IMG/VR virus record: IMGVR_UViG_3300020465_001196
Strand: one strand, 5' to 3'
From: a virus
Taxonomy: Duplodnaviria; Caudoviricetes
Length of the DNA: 64,000 bases
Part shown: positions 29,201 to 37,410 of the stretch, piece by piece
Numbering within the stretch: the first letter of the stretch is position 1
Layout: each line of letters opens with the position of its first letter
Made by a program: the position numbers and the translations under genes
The notes under the pieces: generated by a model
The model's input: the letters and a program-made list of their open reading frames with translations, nothing else
Database searches by the model: none
Told to the model about the DNA's origin: nothing

Positions 29201-32002
29201 AGCAGTATCTCTGTAATTGTTTGCTCCACCAATGTCTCCAGTAAACCCTGTTTGGTTTTGAACTATTGATTCAAAGTGTTGGAAAAATTCTGAATATGAA
29301 CCTGATGCAACTTCTTCGTTTGCTGAATTTGATTCTAAATTTTTTGGTATTTCATAATAGTTAATTGCTTTAATAGGAGTATTGTTATTTGTATCATAAT
29401 AAACTTTTACAAAATCATTTTCTACTAATGCAGTTGTAAACACAATTTCAACACTTCTATTAGTTGTATAGTCTGTACCAAATACTTGCTTAACACCATT
29501 TTTATATACTTCCATATTTGAAACTGATGTTGGAATTACTTCAAGTGTTGGTTTATCAGTTAAATTTGCTTTTGAAACTGTATGCTCTTGTACTAAACGT
29601 TGTCTTAATTTTTGACTTGAATTCCATTCGTTTTTGTAAAACGTTTCAGTTGCATCTGTAAGTTTTGTAATTGGGTTATCAATAATTACTAATTTAATTG
29701 CAGAATTATGTGTTGCACAATTGTAATATAATGTGTTTGGTGCACCAGATGGAACTGTAAAAGTTAATGTAGTATTTGCTCCACCGTAATATGATCTTGA
29801 TCCAGTAACTCCAGTTAAGTACTCATTCTCATAACCGTTTTGCGACCAAGTTGTACCTGTTGAAAGATAAAATGGATGATTTGATCCAGTATAACCAGTT
29901 GAGCTTGTTTCTGGAGAACTTAACTTAAAGTTATATGTGTTGCCTCTTTGTAAAATTAATATTGGTTGTTCTTCACCATTTATAAAGTAAACATTTTTTG
30001 TTGAATCTTTTTTACTTGGATTAATGTTAACTTCATAATCAACTGTTTTAGCAATTGTTTCAGGATACAAATACTCTTTGAAATATTTGTATCCTGTTAT
30101 TGCAGTTGAGGTATTATATGTGTATGAGTCAAGGTTGAGGTAATTACAAAACTCAATATCACTTTGGCCACTACCAGTAACATAAGATAGTGGAAATCCT
30201 AATTCTGTATCATTAGTACCTGTACCAACTTTATAACCAAATATTTTTGATCCAGCAAAGTCAGATGATGCATATACTCCTGCATCACTTAATAAAACTT
30301 TATTGTTGTCATATAAATTAAATAATGGTGCAATGTTTGATTGTGTTTTTTGTTGTGCTTGATTCCAATTGTAACCATCATAGTACCATTCAGTACCACC
30401 ATATGTTGTACCTTGAGAAATATATACTTTGTCATCTTTATCAACACTTGAAACTACTTGAGTTAATTTTATTTGTGATCCTACTCCAGATACTTGCCAA
30501 ATAGAACCTTCAATAGTAAATGATGTGCTTGATACGTCCCAACCTACATCACCACCTGTGTTACCACCGCCACCAGTTGTAGCATCAGAGTCAGTATCAT
30601 GATCCCATAAACCACTATCCCATTGTACATAGTCATCTTGTGATGCCGCATTTGGAAATAGTATTGTATCTCTGTTTTGAATTTGTCTACCGTCAATTGC
30701 TATATTTGATTGCGTTTCAATTTGTGTTTTTGATAATGTTCCTTCTATAACAGTAACATCGAGAATATGTTTTTTACCATAATCATATAATTCAATATCT
30801 CTATTAAATTCTAAAATTGGTCTTGTAGCACGTCTACCAGTTGTTTTTGTAAATGCAGTTGTTGATGTTACAGTAACACTATCCCATGCTTGACTAATTT
30901 CATCCCAATCACCTGTGTCCCATAAATGGTTTTCAGTTGACGAAGTTGTTAAACTTGGATAGTTTTCTAAAGTATTTTTATGTACCCAACCATTTGTTTT
31001 TGACCAAATGTTTCCATCTCTAGCACCACGTTCAATTGTAATATAATCTTTTGTCGATGCTGTTTGTTCTTTTAAGTTTCTTAAATTTCTTTTATCAATT
31101 AATTTAATTTCTCTACCAACACCTTCAACTATATAAGTGTTTATAGTTTGTGTGTTTGTTGCAGTAATTGTTGCACTATTACCACTTGTAGAAGATACTG
31201 TTACTGCTGTTGGTGTAACACCATCGCCTAATGCTGTTGTAGTTAAATCTATACCTGTAATTGTACCACTGCCATTTACACTTATTACTTTACCAACTAC
31301 TACAGTTGAAATAATAATTGTATCATTAACAGCATATCCGGTACCACCACCAGTTAAGTTTAATCCTGTAATGGTGTGATAAAATTTGTATGCGTTGTTT
31401 GTAACTGATTGTCCAAATTGTACTTGTAATCCATTTGTAAATATAGTACCATCAGGTGCGGTATATGTTTTCTTACCAATAATATCTGTTGCTGGATCAA
31501 TTTGGTTACCACCAGACCCGTCAACAATTGTTGCAGGTAAATTTGAAAACACTCCATTTGTTTCTGTTGATAAATCATCATTTGATGGATACCAATAATA
31601 GTTTGCATAGTTTAAAAACTTATCTATATCAATTGGTGGTGCAAATGAATAATAACTTTCTTCAAATAACTTTGCATGGTTATTAATAACTCCACCATCA
31701 AATCTTAATTTGTTTACTAGGTCTTCGTATGTAGTTTGGTAAGATATCCTTTGAGTATCATTATCTCTTACAACAACTGATGGTTCTAATTGATAATTAT
31801 ATCTATCTACAGATGGCTCACCTAAATAAGCATCTTTCTTGGTTTGATAAATTCTACCTTCACGTCTTCCAACGAATCCATTTGTAAATTCATTTTCTTC
31901 GTTTTTGAACCATTGGTCAACTGTAGAATCAAAAAAGTTTGTTAACTTTGTTGACTGTAGAACAAACGGTAATTGTTTTGAAGCTACAAATTGCTCAGCC
32001 AT
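20297..32002 (-). CDS. Giant baseplate wedge protein (gp7-like), 3901 aa, multi-domain
   Basis: Follows gp25-gp6; FSFAPPIDIDKF-type N-terminus, YEEWAFKVGDFG, YIEEVKPYKAKIR; CBM-like, cupredoxin-like and Gly/Thr repeat insertions. Confidence 0.75.
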   Translation of the reverse strand: MAEQFVASKQLPFVLQSTKLTNFFDSTVDQWFKNEENEFTNGFVGRREGRIYQTKKDAYLGEPSVDRYNYQLEPSVVVRDNDTQRISYQTTYEDLVNKLRFDGGVINNHAKLFEESYYSFAPPIDIDKFLNYANYYWYPSNDDLSTETNGVFSNLPATIVDGSGGNQIDPATDIIGKKTYTAPDGTIFTNGLQVQFGQSVTNNAYKFYHTITGLNLTGGGTGYAVNDTIIISTVVVGKVISVNGSGTITGIDLTTTALGDGVTPTAVTVSSTSGNSATITATNTQTINTYIVEGVGREIKLIDKRNLRNLKEQTASTKDYITIERGARDGNIWSKTNGWVHKNTLENYPSLTTSSTENHLWDTGDWDEISQAWDSVTVTSTTAFTKTTGRRATRPILEFNRDIELYDYGKKHILDVTVIEGTLSKTQIETQSNIAIDGRQIQNRDTILFPNAASQDDYVQWDSGLWDHDTDSDATTGGGGNTGGDVGWDVSSTSFTIEGSIWQVSGVGSQIKLTQVVSSVDKDDKVYISQGTTYGGTEWYYDGYNWNQAQQKTQSNIAPLFNLYDNNKVLLSDAGVYASSDFAGSKIFGYKVGTGTNDTELGFPLSYVTGSGQSDIEFCNYLNLDSYTYNTSTAITGYKYFKEYLYPETIAKTVDYEVNINPSKKDSTKNVYFINGEEQPILILQRGNTYNFKLSSPETSSTGYTGSNHPFYLSTGTTWSQNGYENEYLTGVTGSRSYYGGANTTLTFTVPSGAPNTLYYNCATHNSAIKLVIIDNPITKLTDATETFYKNEWNSSQKLRQRLVQEHTVSKANLTDKPTLEVIPTSVSNMEVYKNGVKQVFGTDYTTNRSVEIVFTTALVENDFVKVYYDTNNNTPIKAINYYEIPKNLESNSANEEVASGSYSEFFQHFESIVQNQTGFTGDIGGANNYRDTAKNLGKGSVILQHDGSLLKAMSFTNNDDLDMISSIRYVKNRYQEFQLKFLNSVNKIQVTQDASLLTTAQIVDKALKNINIDKLPTTPFANSFMLASGDRYTTETHTITSTNYTWGNTNTFLQGSETQEIFNTEPGLAITSAYNPDNDYDSQAFYVYKNNVLMLYNHEYIVNNSSNGNKIIFIGYANNKPKVNDVITIRHYKTIQPTWVPPTPAKLGAARVYRPEEVSDAITYSTGTRNFIQCHDGALVLKYNDLRDTALLELEKRIYNSINKRFTNRDYSVLLDINKIQPNFFNSTSWTREEFNNLLRPIFTRWASENAVNYQENTGYTNVINFSSSSGTFKVGEKVNGGSSGAEGIITKVGTNTITINNVVDSFQLSETVTGETSGATGVIDTSSGVVVDWKVLNYSTIKDANGDQLPGHWRGIYRWYYGTDRPHTHPWEMLGFSQKPLWWDNYYSWTTTATRTQLINDIEQGIIRDGSRNNYTDNSYLNADNVYKKPGFASYVPVSTTGNLLSPLQAGIISSNPTEYESQLDWEFGDGAPVENAFYTSSSYQYAIQKILYLTTPGSYVDLLWDSNKLTRSNADNNQIIDSSTGKRSNNKDYYVHTETDSSNITHYKAGVQNFLVEYLNYKGKPITESFGNVIRNLQTNLTYRCAGFIDASTLQVESEAYDSTSNATSITVPNEDINITLHTGGSVQEASYSGVVVQAVEGGYKLFGYDIVHPYFNTLVPLISGRSKKVRVGGKSISPVGYNPGTTYHRDEIVQHDTKYYQATTTHVSLTTDRSPDMNKWKLLKVLPTVGGTEVEHYFDYNENQIKKCGYGTVYKTRQEVYDVIRGYGEYLKSLGWIFDDFNTDAGENKDYDYSAKEFLFWSLGKWDKGTFITLSPSADRLRFAPLTGVVQGITDINNGVYSVLNKEGFGLDAQQLEVLRDDDIVTITHKQNIGVYGLRLSIKETEHAITLNNKTIFNDTIYNTVLAQRQPRIKLSTIKTLGWNGKLESDGYIISGTSLINNFEKSVTDSRLYYDVDASLVSTNFRDAAMHLIGYQERDYLTNLKISKTNQVKFYQGMIKQKGTTNAIDRLLRSTTVSTDQTFDTYEEWAFKVGDFGSTAFNQQIELQVKANDVVSDPQTFEFLLPSDGTTTSGYDSKTDDVITIDIDDTTRWLKKPKGEKSLANLWPVLSSVTSIVPTAGYVHFDDATYKALDSNALANVYTNASENVSIGSTAWVAKDVLSGKDWNVYKLYDTSTRIDRVSTSGDANTAMTVTVTGTGADIGQEKDLVLEKTYNGNGDLVYNPQTWGTHKIKLETTTPTEPTATVSFSNIAGTGADIAVGNINGTITVVTVSGGGAGFAEGDTITFTGSGGTGAAMTVDKINGGSGAQATATVNDTFPITSIQVLEQGSGYSSATVNISGGGGVGATATATIAGGKVTGITLTAAGAGYTYQPTVTITGDGTGATAFATLGQEKDGLITAITISAAGTGYQSAPQVKITDTTGQGATATCTINGSGEVDAITITNAGSGYTAPTVSFTGALTGNTGGSELTLNSGGDNYADAPDGYSVVSFDGTTKTSGTHYTPATFTFTGDGASGRLGEIKDLTIINGGTNYQSPSIKIINNAGTTVGTLTSPGNITVSSGVITAITVPTGLWNKGFSAGIISTATGKISVVDTKANYIINLSPNLSKIHVLNNLTANVTTAFDGTVTGVVEKWDGSTATTLYTLTGLNTAGVKTVTPSQNITDNSNATVRANISVSSATTGDMSLSLSYTKKEYSITQADGTPEFITTNNQTGLDVIKLLDWKDVRLNNGIATDKAYVSTSTSTTITNFLTGTGLSNSAWTEGALIWLDDDFTGKWGVYRYTTNASIISSYNTIRGSEPASVSAAGGTWILHSGVNYSDSTQTTTAYFEKTKRRQKDKIDTKQFKKTSLYDDRDHQIDVGMNIYDPIKGILPATADREITYKTEIDPAIYNNHSDTTQISVNNPWTDEYVGQVWWDQSTTRYIDYESHDNNYRRKHWGRLFEGSTIDIYEWVKSSQLPDSYLGTGTVKSTTNYVSEITTDPYTNANITTYYYWVKNKTTVPQMDSRTSDTQTVSNLMTSPLTQGLSYFAPISPNSFMIANVVNNLTKDNSVLQINYRNRKTKDKTDKPHAQWLLIREGYSDTQIPNQIWNKMTDSICGYDIVGNTVPDTSISLNDRYGSKVRPRQTWFVNIKNARKVLFQALNNITANISLDVEHSNWDSTVTTSVYHEKANWYYNSTFNDNTIIDEIVDYKADIVTANLNEGDVIKVNYDYASKWALYKYTDADYLAGTTTSIDSDNLSLVRIGLQTATTKLKTTVYTEDNSTALANELRQYISALRLNVFISDKLGKQNDVLFALIRYISSEQSNTDWLFKTTYINVIQQDTTLKQKASYEKDPFDDIKTYIEEVKPYKAKIRDFLSKKAPARENMNLAMSDFTSTADYTINNSGSGTTNPTPKVTTKLLFDRVSSKITLLSPSTNSINTWATATSYTAGTPLKYRGGYWQVTANHTSGVFVTDVQAGKLISYNFSPTTAPTDAALIDKVKTSTPESTHVDRLAKYYFKNELANVDTANVTQVSTFTTNLENAITSFKDLDVQPIGFVVNRDRIGKDLTTFAWDSLRWDATALDTNTEIGYDDEATQVWYDSKFVNENLQWKTGTSFAKDSFVKYSDLTHFTAWSASTSYTVGDIVKHNNKVYVANVTHKNLASETTLQESRWDLVDELIYYTNETHTASATFETDYDAGKWVLVKSKLDSAGFVRPDKDPNPEELVPLKPKESLFITVKTYEGVSGSAPNYTGTGDLSQYQIHYKPYGTVKYLRQKFVDSGGGNSTTDHTTLTAAVTPYSNKISVANASLLPQPKDVGVTTAGTYSGQPGVIYVGNERIEYHRIQGNDLLDIVRGTHGTTILTHANSTEVYSGDTNIPGARNNGFWNNTGYSVLDTTNSTGDIAKYLRNE
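24270..25260 (-). repeat. Tandem ~35-aa Gly/Thr-rich coding repeats in the gp7-like protein
   Basis: About 7 copies of I-T-x-I-x-x-x-x-x-G-x-G-Y-x-x-x-P-T-V-x-I-x-G-x-G-x-G-A-T-A. Confidence 0.8.
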
Positions 32003-32005
32003 TAT

Positions 32006-35000
32006 CTACGACCCCTTTTTCAAATTCTGATCGGTATATGCGTTTACAATTTCGATATTATCTACTGTTGCTGTTGAATAAAATAATTCGTTTGATGCAG
32101 ATACAATTTCAAATAAATCTCCAAATGTTGATTCAGCATCTGCTCCAACAATTACCACTGAACTAATCTGTGTTGATAATTGATTGTGTATGTACGCACT
32201 TAACTCAGTATAGTAAAAACTTTCACCAAAGTTCCAATTGGATATATCAAAAAATGTATTAATTGCTGTAATTGTTCTTGCTTTAATTTCATTGTCTGTC
32301 ATTGTTGCACCAACGGCTTTTACAACTTTAAATTTAGATTGTAATGTTGTATCTGCTGACGAACCAAATAGCAATTTAAATTTAGCTGGAGTATAAATTA
32401 TTTGGTCTCCAATTGCTTTGTATGAATTTAGATTTGATGCAAACATTTCATTTAATTCTTCAACTGTTGGTTCTGTTGGAAATTCACTTACTGCTTTGTC
32501 GTTTGCTGTCCAACTTAAAACATCATCATAATATTTTGATGTTAAAACTTGTAGTTCAATAATATTTGAAATACTTGGATCAATTCTTTGATCTCTTGGT
32601 GCTGTGTGCTTCCATTGGAAGAACATTGGATCACTAACACCTGCTGGAGTATAATATGATCTACCAACGAATGCTTTATAAGTTATTGAACTTATAGTAG
32701 ATTGGTATGCTCCGCCTGAGCCAGTTGTTGTTTGTACTGCACCATCTTTATAAAACTTGTTATCAGTTGTTAAAAATTCTAAACCATTATTAGTTAATGT
32801 TGAACGTTGCATAACTGACGTTGTTAATTTGTAATAAACATAATTGTCAAAGTCTGTGTAACTTTCAAAGAACACATAGTTTTTACCATTTGATGTGTCA
32901 TGAACTAATTGGTCAATTGCTAAAGGAAGATCTGGCATACCATCTTCATCTGAATCATATGTTGATACTTTTATTTTTCTATCATCAACATAACCATCTT
33001 GTTCTACAGCACTATCAACTACTGCTAGAGAAATTGTTTCACTTAATTTTCCGCCAACTGATTGTGGAGTAATTGTTACTGTTGGTGGTGACTCATAACT
33101 TGAACCACCGTCAATAATTGTAAAGTCAACTATTGCACCTTGATATACTGTTGTAATTGCTGTTGCACCAGAACCTCCTCCACCTGAAAAAGAAACTGTA
33201 GGTGCTGATGTATAATTTAATCCTGTTGTATTTAAAGCATTAATTTGTGCTCCTGCTGAATCAGTAAAGCCAGTTACTGCTCCTCCTGTTATAACATTTG
33301 GATATCTATTATAAGCACCGTTTACTGATCCTGTTAATAGATCTGATGCATTAGTTGTAAATGTTCCTGACACATTAGTTAATTGTAAATTTGTTGATCC
33401 TGAACTACTAACTTTTACTTTTCCTTTTGCACCTGAGTTTGCTTGAGTTACTATTTCATCTTTAGTTGCTGTTCCAATTGCTCCGCTGGCTGTTATTGTT
33501 AAATCAATAGTTGCTAAAGCTGACGCTCCAGTTCCTTCTTCAATTTTACTGTTTACATCTGCCAACACATCAATTTTATCTTGTACACTTAACCCTGTTG
33601 CACTATCTAATGTTTTATAATCTTTTACATAAAAGAATCTAACATCGTCTGTTGATTGGAATATATAATCTAATCCTCTTGATGTAAATGTAAATTTAGC
33701 ATTTGTGTTCGAACCTTTTTCTGTAAACTCTGATTTTATTAACCAACTTGAGTCATTGTTTGTACCAGCAGTTCCACTACCAATTGAATTGTTAATTACA
33801 TCAAATTCACTTGTAGTATCAATTTTGTCAGCATCAATAATATACCATGCTTCTTCTTTTGATGATGAATCAAAATAATTATAACCAATACCAAACTTAC
33901 TTAATATTGCTGTCGATTCGCTTAACTTAGATTTAATTGCAGTTTTTTCTGCTGAAGTTAATGTAGTTCTTAAATTTGGTATAATGGCTCTAGCTCTATA
34001 TCCTGCCGGAATAGATTCACTTAATTGGATTGGTCCTGTTGTTAAGTTTGCAGGATCACCATTTGCTGTAACACCTTTAACTGTTGCCCAAATTATTTTT
34101 GTTGGGTTTGCATAGTCATCAACAAATTCAATTCTTGAACCTTTACGTATTAAACCATGTTTATCAGTTGTTGGTGCTTTATGAACCTTTTTCAAATTTG
34201 TAGAATTTTTTGCAGTTGATTCTGATTCGCTCGGTAACGATTGTGTAATATAACCGTAGTAACTAGACGTTGCAACTGGCATAGGTCTCCAATATACAAT
34301 ATCACTACCACCTGTTAAGAATATAAATTTTGCAGGATAGCCTGAAATTGGTACTGCCTCAATTGCTTTTTTGTAAGGATCAAAATAAAAGTTTTGTGTT
34401 TGAATTAATTGAATCATTTTTTCAATTTCTAAAACCATATTATCATATGAACTTGAATCAATTACATTTTCAACTTTTTCTGCGTTGTTTGGTTCTTTAT
34501 AAAGAATTCCATCTTCTCCAATGCAGTTTACATTTGCAACTGTACCAGTTGGATCTTGTACGTCAATAAATCTAGAATGACCTGCGTGTGTTTTGTTTAT
34601 TGCTTTTAATTTTTGTATACCAGAAACTTTTGTAATTGGAAATACATTATAATCTTCTGCATTAATCATTCTGTCTTGAGTGTAATACCCTTGACTTGCA
34701 TTTGTTCTAACTTCTTCAATTGATTCTCTTACTGATGAATTGTTTATGCTATATTCTAAACTAAATGTTAAAGATAAATCATAAGTTTGATCAGCTGAAT
34801 TAGAATAACTAAATCCAATTGCTTTGTTTTTAATATCCGATGGTGAAATTGTTTCGCCTTTTGATTGACTTGCTCTATACCATATTCTATATAAACCAAC
34901 TGGTATATCACCAAACTGTCCATCTGAGAATCTAATATCTATTTGATCATCTGTTTTTGATTGTACATCAAATATTGTTCTTGTACCTAATGCTAAACTA

Positions 35001-35959
35001 TTGTATATAATATTTTGTCCTGCAAGTGTTGGAACTTTTGTCCATTGTGTTTGTGTTAAACCATTTGAATTAATTTCTTGTACCCAAACATCTAAATCAT
35101 TAATGTCATCAATATCAATTGCTTGTACTCTATCAACAACTGGAGAAGCAAAGTTAAAATCTTGATATGCTAATGATCCTTCTTTCATGTACATGAAGAA
35201 GCCTGTGTTTATGCTATCAAAACCTTTGCTATCATTTTTATAAACTACACCTACTGCGTTTAACGGATTAGGTGCCGCCTCTTCAATATATCCTGCACTA
35301 TTAAATGCTGGTGGAACAATTTCAAACGACATTGATTTATTATCTACTCTTGCTGTAAAAGGATGTGCTACAGCAATTGCTTTTGTATTATTAACAGTAT
35401 ACAAATCATTTTGTATAGCATTAATTGATTTTGATGCAGTTGGATTACCAAATTTATTTGTTGATACCAAAGTTGTATTTAAAACTGTAATAAATTGTTC
35501 GTACCAATTTGGATTGTTTGGATCATTCCATTTAACTTCAACATTACTTAAATTATTTCCTAATGAATCAGTAACTGGTTCACTAGTTTGTATTGCTTGT
35601 AATTTTACTAAACCTCTTGCTGGCATATTTCTTTTTGGTTTGTAGCTCAGCATATTTGCTAACTTCAATATTGAATCTCTTCTTGAAGCTGTATCTATAA
35701 AATTTTCTCTTGCGTTTATATCAATTCTAAATGATAAACTTTGTCCAAGGTATGCTAATAAATCTAATATAGCAATAAACTCAGATGAGTTAATATAATC
35801 ATTAAAGTTTTCAGGATAGTTTCTTGAAATATAATTTAACATAGATGCTCTGATAGTTTCAAAGTCATATGATTTAAAATCAGAATCTCTAAATGATCTA
35901 TAAATTACTTTCCAGTCTTCTGCCGCAAACAAATTTGATTGTCTAACTAATTGGCTCAT
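32006..35959 (-). CDS. gp6: Baseplate wedge subunit (gp6-like), 1317 aa
   Basis: SYDFETIR...NDYINSSEFIAILDLLAY...RENFIDTASRRDSI...LSYKPKR; QDRMINAEDY. Confidence 0.88.
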   Translation of the reverse strand: MSQLVRQSNLFAAEDWKVIYRSFRDSDFKSYDFETIRASMLNYISRNYPENFNDYINSSEFIAILDLLAYLGQSLSFRIDINARENFIDTASRRDSILKLANMLSYKPKRNMPARGLVKLQAIQTSEPVTDSLGNNLSNVEVKWNDPNNPNWYEQFITVLNTTLVSTNKFGNPTASKSINAIQNDLYTVNNTKAIAVAHPFTARVDNKSMSFEIVPPAFNSAGYIEEAAPNPLNAVGVVYKNDSKGFDSINTGFFMYMKEGSLAYQDFNFASPVVDRVQAIDIDDINDLDVWVQEINSNGLTQTQWTKVPTLAGQNIIYNSLALGTRTIFDVQSKTDDQIDIRFSDGQFGDIPVGLYRIWYRASQSKGETISPSDIKNKAIGFSYSNSADQTYDLSLTFSLEYSINNSSVRESIEEVRTNASQGYYTQDRMINAEDYNVFPITKVSGIQKLKAINKTHAGHSRFIDVQDPTGTVANVNCIGEDGILYKEPNNAEKVENVIDSSSYDNMVLEIEKMIQLIQTQNFYFDPYKKAIEAVPISGYPAKFIFLTGGSDIVYWRPMPVATSSYYGYITQSLPSESESTAKNSTNLKKVHKAPTTDKHGLIRKGSRIEFVDDYANPTKIIWATVKGVTANGDPANLTTGPIQLSESIPAGYRARAIIPNLRTTLTSAEKTAIKSKLSESTAILSKFGIGYNYFDSSSKEEAWYIIDADKIDTTSEFDVINNSIGSGTAGTNNDSSWLIKSEFTEKGSNTNAKFTFTSRGLDYIFQSTDDVRFFYVKDYKTLDSATGLSVQDKIDVLADVNSKIEEGTGASALATIDLTITASGAIGTATKDEIVTQANSGAKGKVKVSSSGSTNLQLTNVSGTFTTNASDLLTGSVNGAYNRYPNVITGGAVTGFTDSAGAQINALNTTGLNYTSAPTVSFSGGGGSGATAITTVYQGAIVDFTIIDGGSSYESPPTVTITPQSVGGKLSETISLAVVDSAVEQDGYVDDRKIKVSTYDSDEDGMPDLPLAIDQLVHDTSNGKNYVFFESYTDFDNYVYYKLTTSVMQRSTLTNNGLEFLTTDNKFYKDGAVQTTTGSGGAYQSTISSITYKAFVGRSYYTPAGVSDPMFFQWKHTAPRDQRIDPSISNIIELQVLTSKYYDDVLSWTANDKAVSEFPTEPTVEELNEMFASNLNSYKAIGDQIIYTPAKFKLLFGSSADTTLQSKFKVVKAVGATMTDNEIKARTITAINTFFDISNWNFGESFYYTELSAYIHNQLSTQISSVVIVGADAESTFGDLFEIVSASNELFYSTATVDNIEIVNAYTDQNLKKGS

Positions 35960-36444
35960 TAATATCCGCCTCCACTTGTATTTCCGTTAACGTTAAATTC
36001 TATTGACATTTTTTCTACCATATTTTGAGGTAATATTATTAGTGCTAAATTAACAATAATACCGTGTTCAAAACCAACAACGTTTACACTTGTTAACGAT
36101 ACTCTTGGATCTTGTGCAACAATTTGTCTAGCATCTTCTTCGACAATTGATTTTGTTTGTTCATCTAATGGATTATATAAATGGTCCCAGATAATGCTAC
36201 CAAAATCAGGTAGCATTACTCTTTCGCCTTTTGCAGTCATAAAGTGATTGTAAATGTCTTGTTTTATGAGGTCAGCATCGTATAACATATTATTTTTTGC
36301 ATTAGGATTATTGGAACTAAATCCTTTATAAATCCTTTGACTTACATACGTACTATTAGTAGTTGCTCCGCTATCAGAAGGAGAGATTGTTCTGGATGCA
36401 ACTGTTCTATCTGTTCCGTAATTAACCGGTGTATTATATGCCAT
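35959..36444 (-). CDS. gp25: Baseplate wedge/sheath initiator (gp25-like)
   Basis: YKGFS, HFMTAKGERVMLPDFGS, QDPRV. Confidence 0.9.
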   Translation of the reverse strand: MAYNTPVNYGTDRTVASRTISPSDSGATTNSTYVSQRIYKGFSSNNPNAKNNMLYDADLIKQDIYNHFMTAKGERVMLPDFGSIIWDHLYNPLDEQTKSIVEEDARQIVAQDPRVSLTSVNVVGFEHGIIVNLALIILPQNMVEKMSIEFNVNGNTSGGGY

Positions 36445-36478
36445 TTTTTACCTCAATAATAACTGCTATGTTATTAAA

Positions 36479-36486
36479 TATTTATG
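36479..36486 (-). promoter_or_regulatory. Late promoter (CATAAATA) for gp25-gp6-gp7
   Basis: TAAATA core upstream of gp25. Confidence 0.6.
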
Positions 36487-36517
36487 TACGAAATAATGTA
36501 CGTATATAATTATCTAA

Positions 36518-36525
36518 TATAAATA
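36518..36525 (+). promoter_or_regulatory. Late promoter TATAAATA
   Basis: Exact consensus 8 nt before ATG 36534. Confidence 0.7.
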
Positions 36526-36533
36526 ACTTTGTT

Positions 36534-36746
36534 ATGAAAATAAAAGATATTGATGAAAGTTTTAGTGGTGCAATTGCTGGTGTGGCTATGCCTTTAGGTG
36601 GTAAAAAAAAGAAAAAACCTAAATCCGAAGATGCACAAATTGGTGGATATATTAGCAATACTAAGAAAAGATACGGACCAGCAAAGGGTCCTAAATTTAC
36701 TGCTGGTGCTGGCATGAAAAATGCAACATATCCTGGAAAACAATAA
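36534..36746 (+). CDS. Small basic late protein
   Basis: GAIAGVAMPLGG plus a Lys run; follows a late promoter. Confidence 0.65.
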   Translation: MKIKDIDESFSGAIAGVAMPLGGKKKKKPKSEDAQIGGYISNTKKRYGPAKGPKFTAGAGMKNATYPGKQ

Positions 36747-36805
36747 ATTATAATAATATACTATAATATTCAAAATACACTAAATACTGCATATAGGTGC
36801 ATTAA

Positions 36806-37369
36806 ATGAGTAAAAAATATGATCAGTATACAGCGGCGGAAAGAATAGACGCCCATTTACACGACAATGATATTCATTATCTGACAGGTGAAATTACTCA
36901 AAGCAACGTTGAAGATGCAATCAAATGGATACTATCTTGTAACCTAAACAAAAAACCAAAGAAAACATTAAAGTTATATATTAATACAGTTGGTGGAGAT
37001 TTATACGAAGCATTTGCACTAATTGATGTTATGAAAAACAGTTATCATCATATATCTACTATTGGAATTGGTGCTGTTATGAGTGCAGGATTTTTAATTT
37101 TTGCAAGTGGTAAGCAAGGTGAAAGATATATTGCTAAAAATACCGGAATATTAAACCACCAACATTCAGATGCTATGGAATCAAAAATGCACGATATGAG
37201 ATCACAGATGAAAGAAAATAACAACTGTGAATTAAGATGTTTAAACATATTACGTGAAGCAACTGGGTTTAGTTTGGCCGATGTACGTAAAAAACTTAAT
37301 ACTCCAAGTGATCAATATTTTACTGCTAGACAGTTAGTTGATTTAAAAATAGCAGACCATATTTTATAA
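36806..37369 (+). CDS. clpP: ClpP-like ATP-dependent Clp protease proteolytic subunit
   Basis: LYINTVGGD, AVMSAG (Ser), HQ (His), SDQY (Asp); ACTAAATA box at 36779. Confidence 0.85.
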   Translation: MSKKYDQYTAAERIDAHLHDNDIHYLTGEITQSNVEDAIKWILSCNLNKKPKKTLKLYINTVGGDLYEAFALIDVMKNSYHHISTIGIGAVMSAGFLIFASGKQGERYIAKNTGILNHQHSDAMESKMHDMRSQMKENNNCELRCLNILREATGFSLADVRKKLNTPSDQYFTARQLVDLKIADHIL

Positions 37370-37375
37370 TAATAT

Positions 37376-37404
37376 TTGCTTTTTTCCAATTATTTGTGTA
37401 TAAT
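37376..37404 (+). promoter_or_regulatory. Sigma70 promoter for cluster B (leaderless)
   Basis: TTGCTT-N17-TATAAT with TG extension, ATG 6 nt downstream. Confidence 0.6.
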
Positions 37405-37410
37405 ACTTGT

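Noticed and set aside
20297-32002. Intein, intron or frameshift explaining the 3901-aa size
   Set aside because: Continuous ORF; no intein or homing-endonuclease motifs recognised; the extra length is repeats and small domains.
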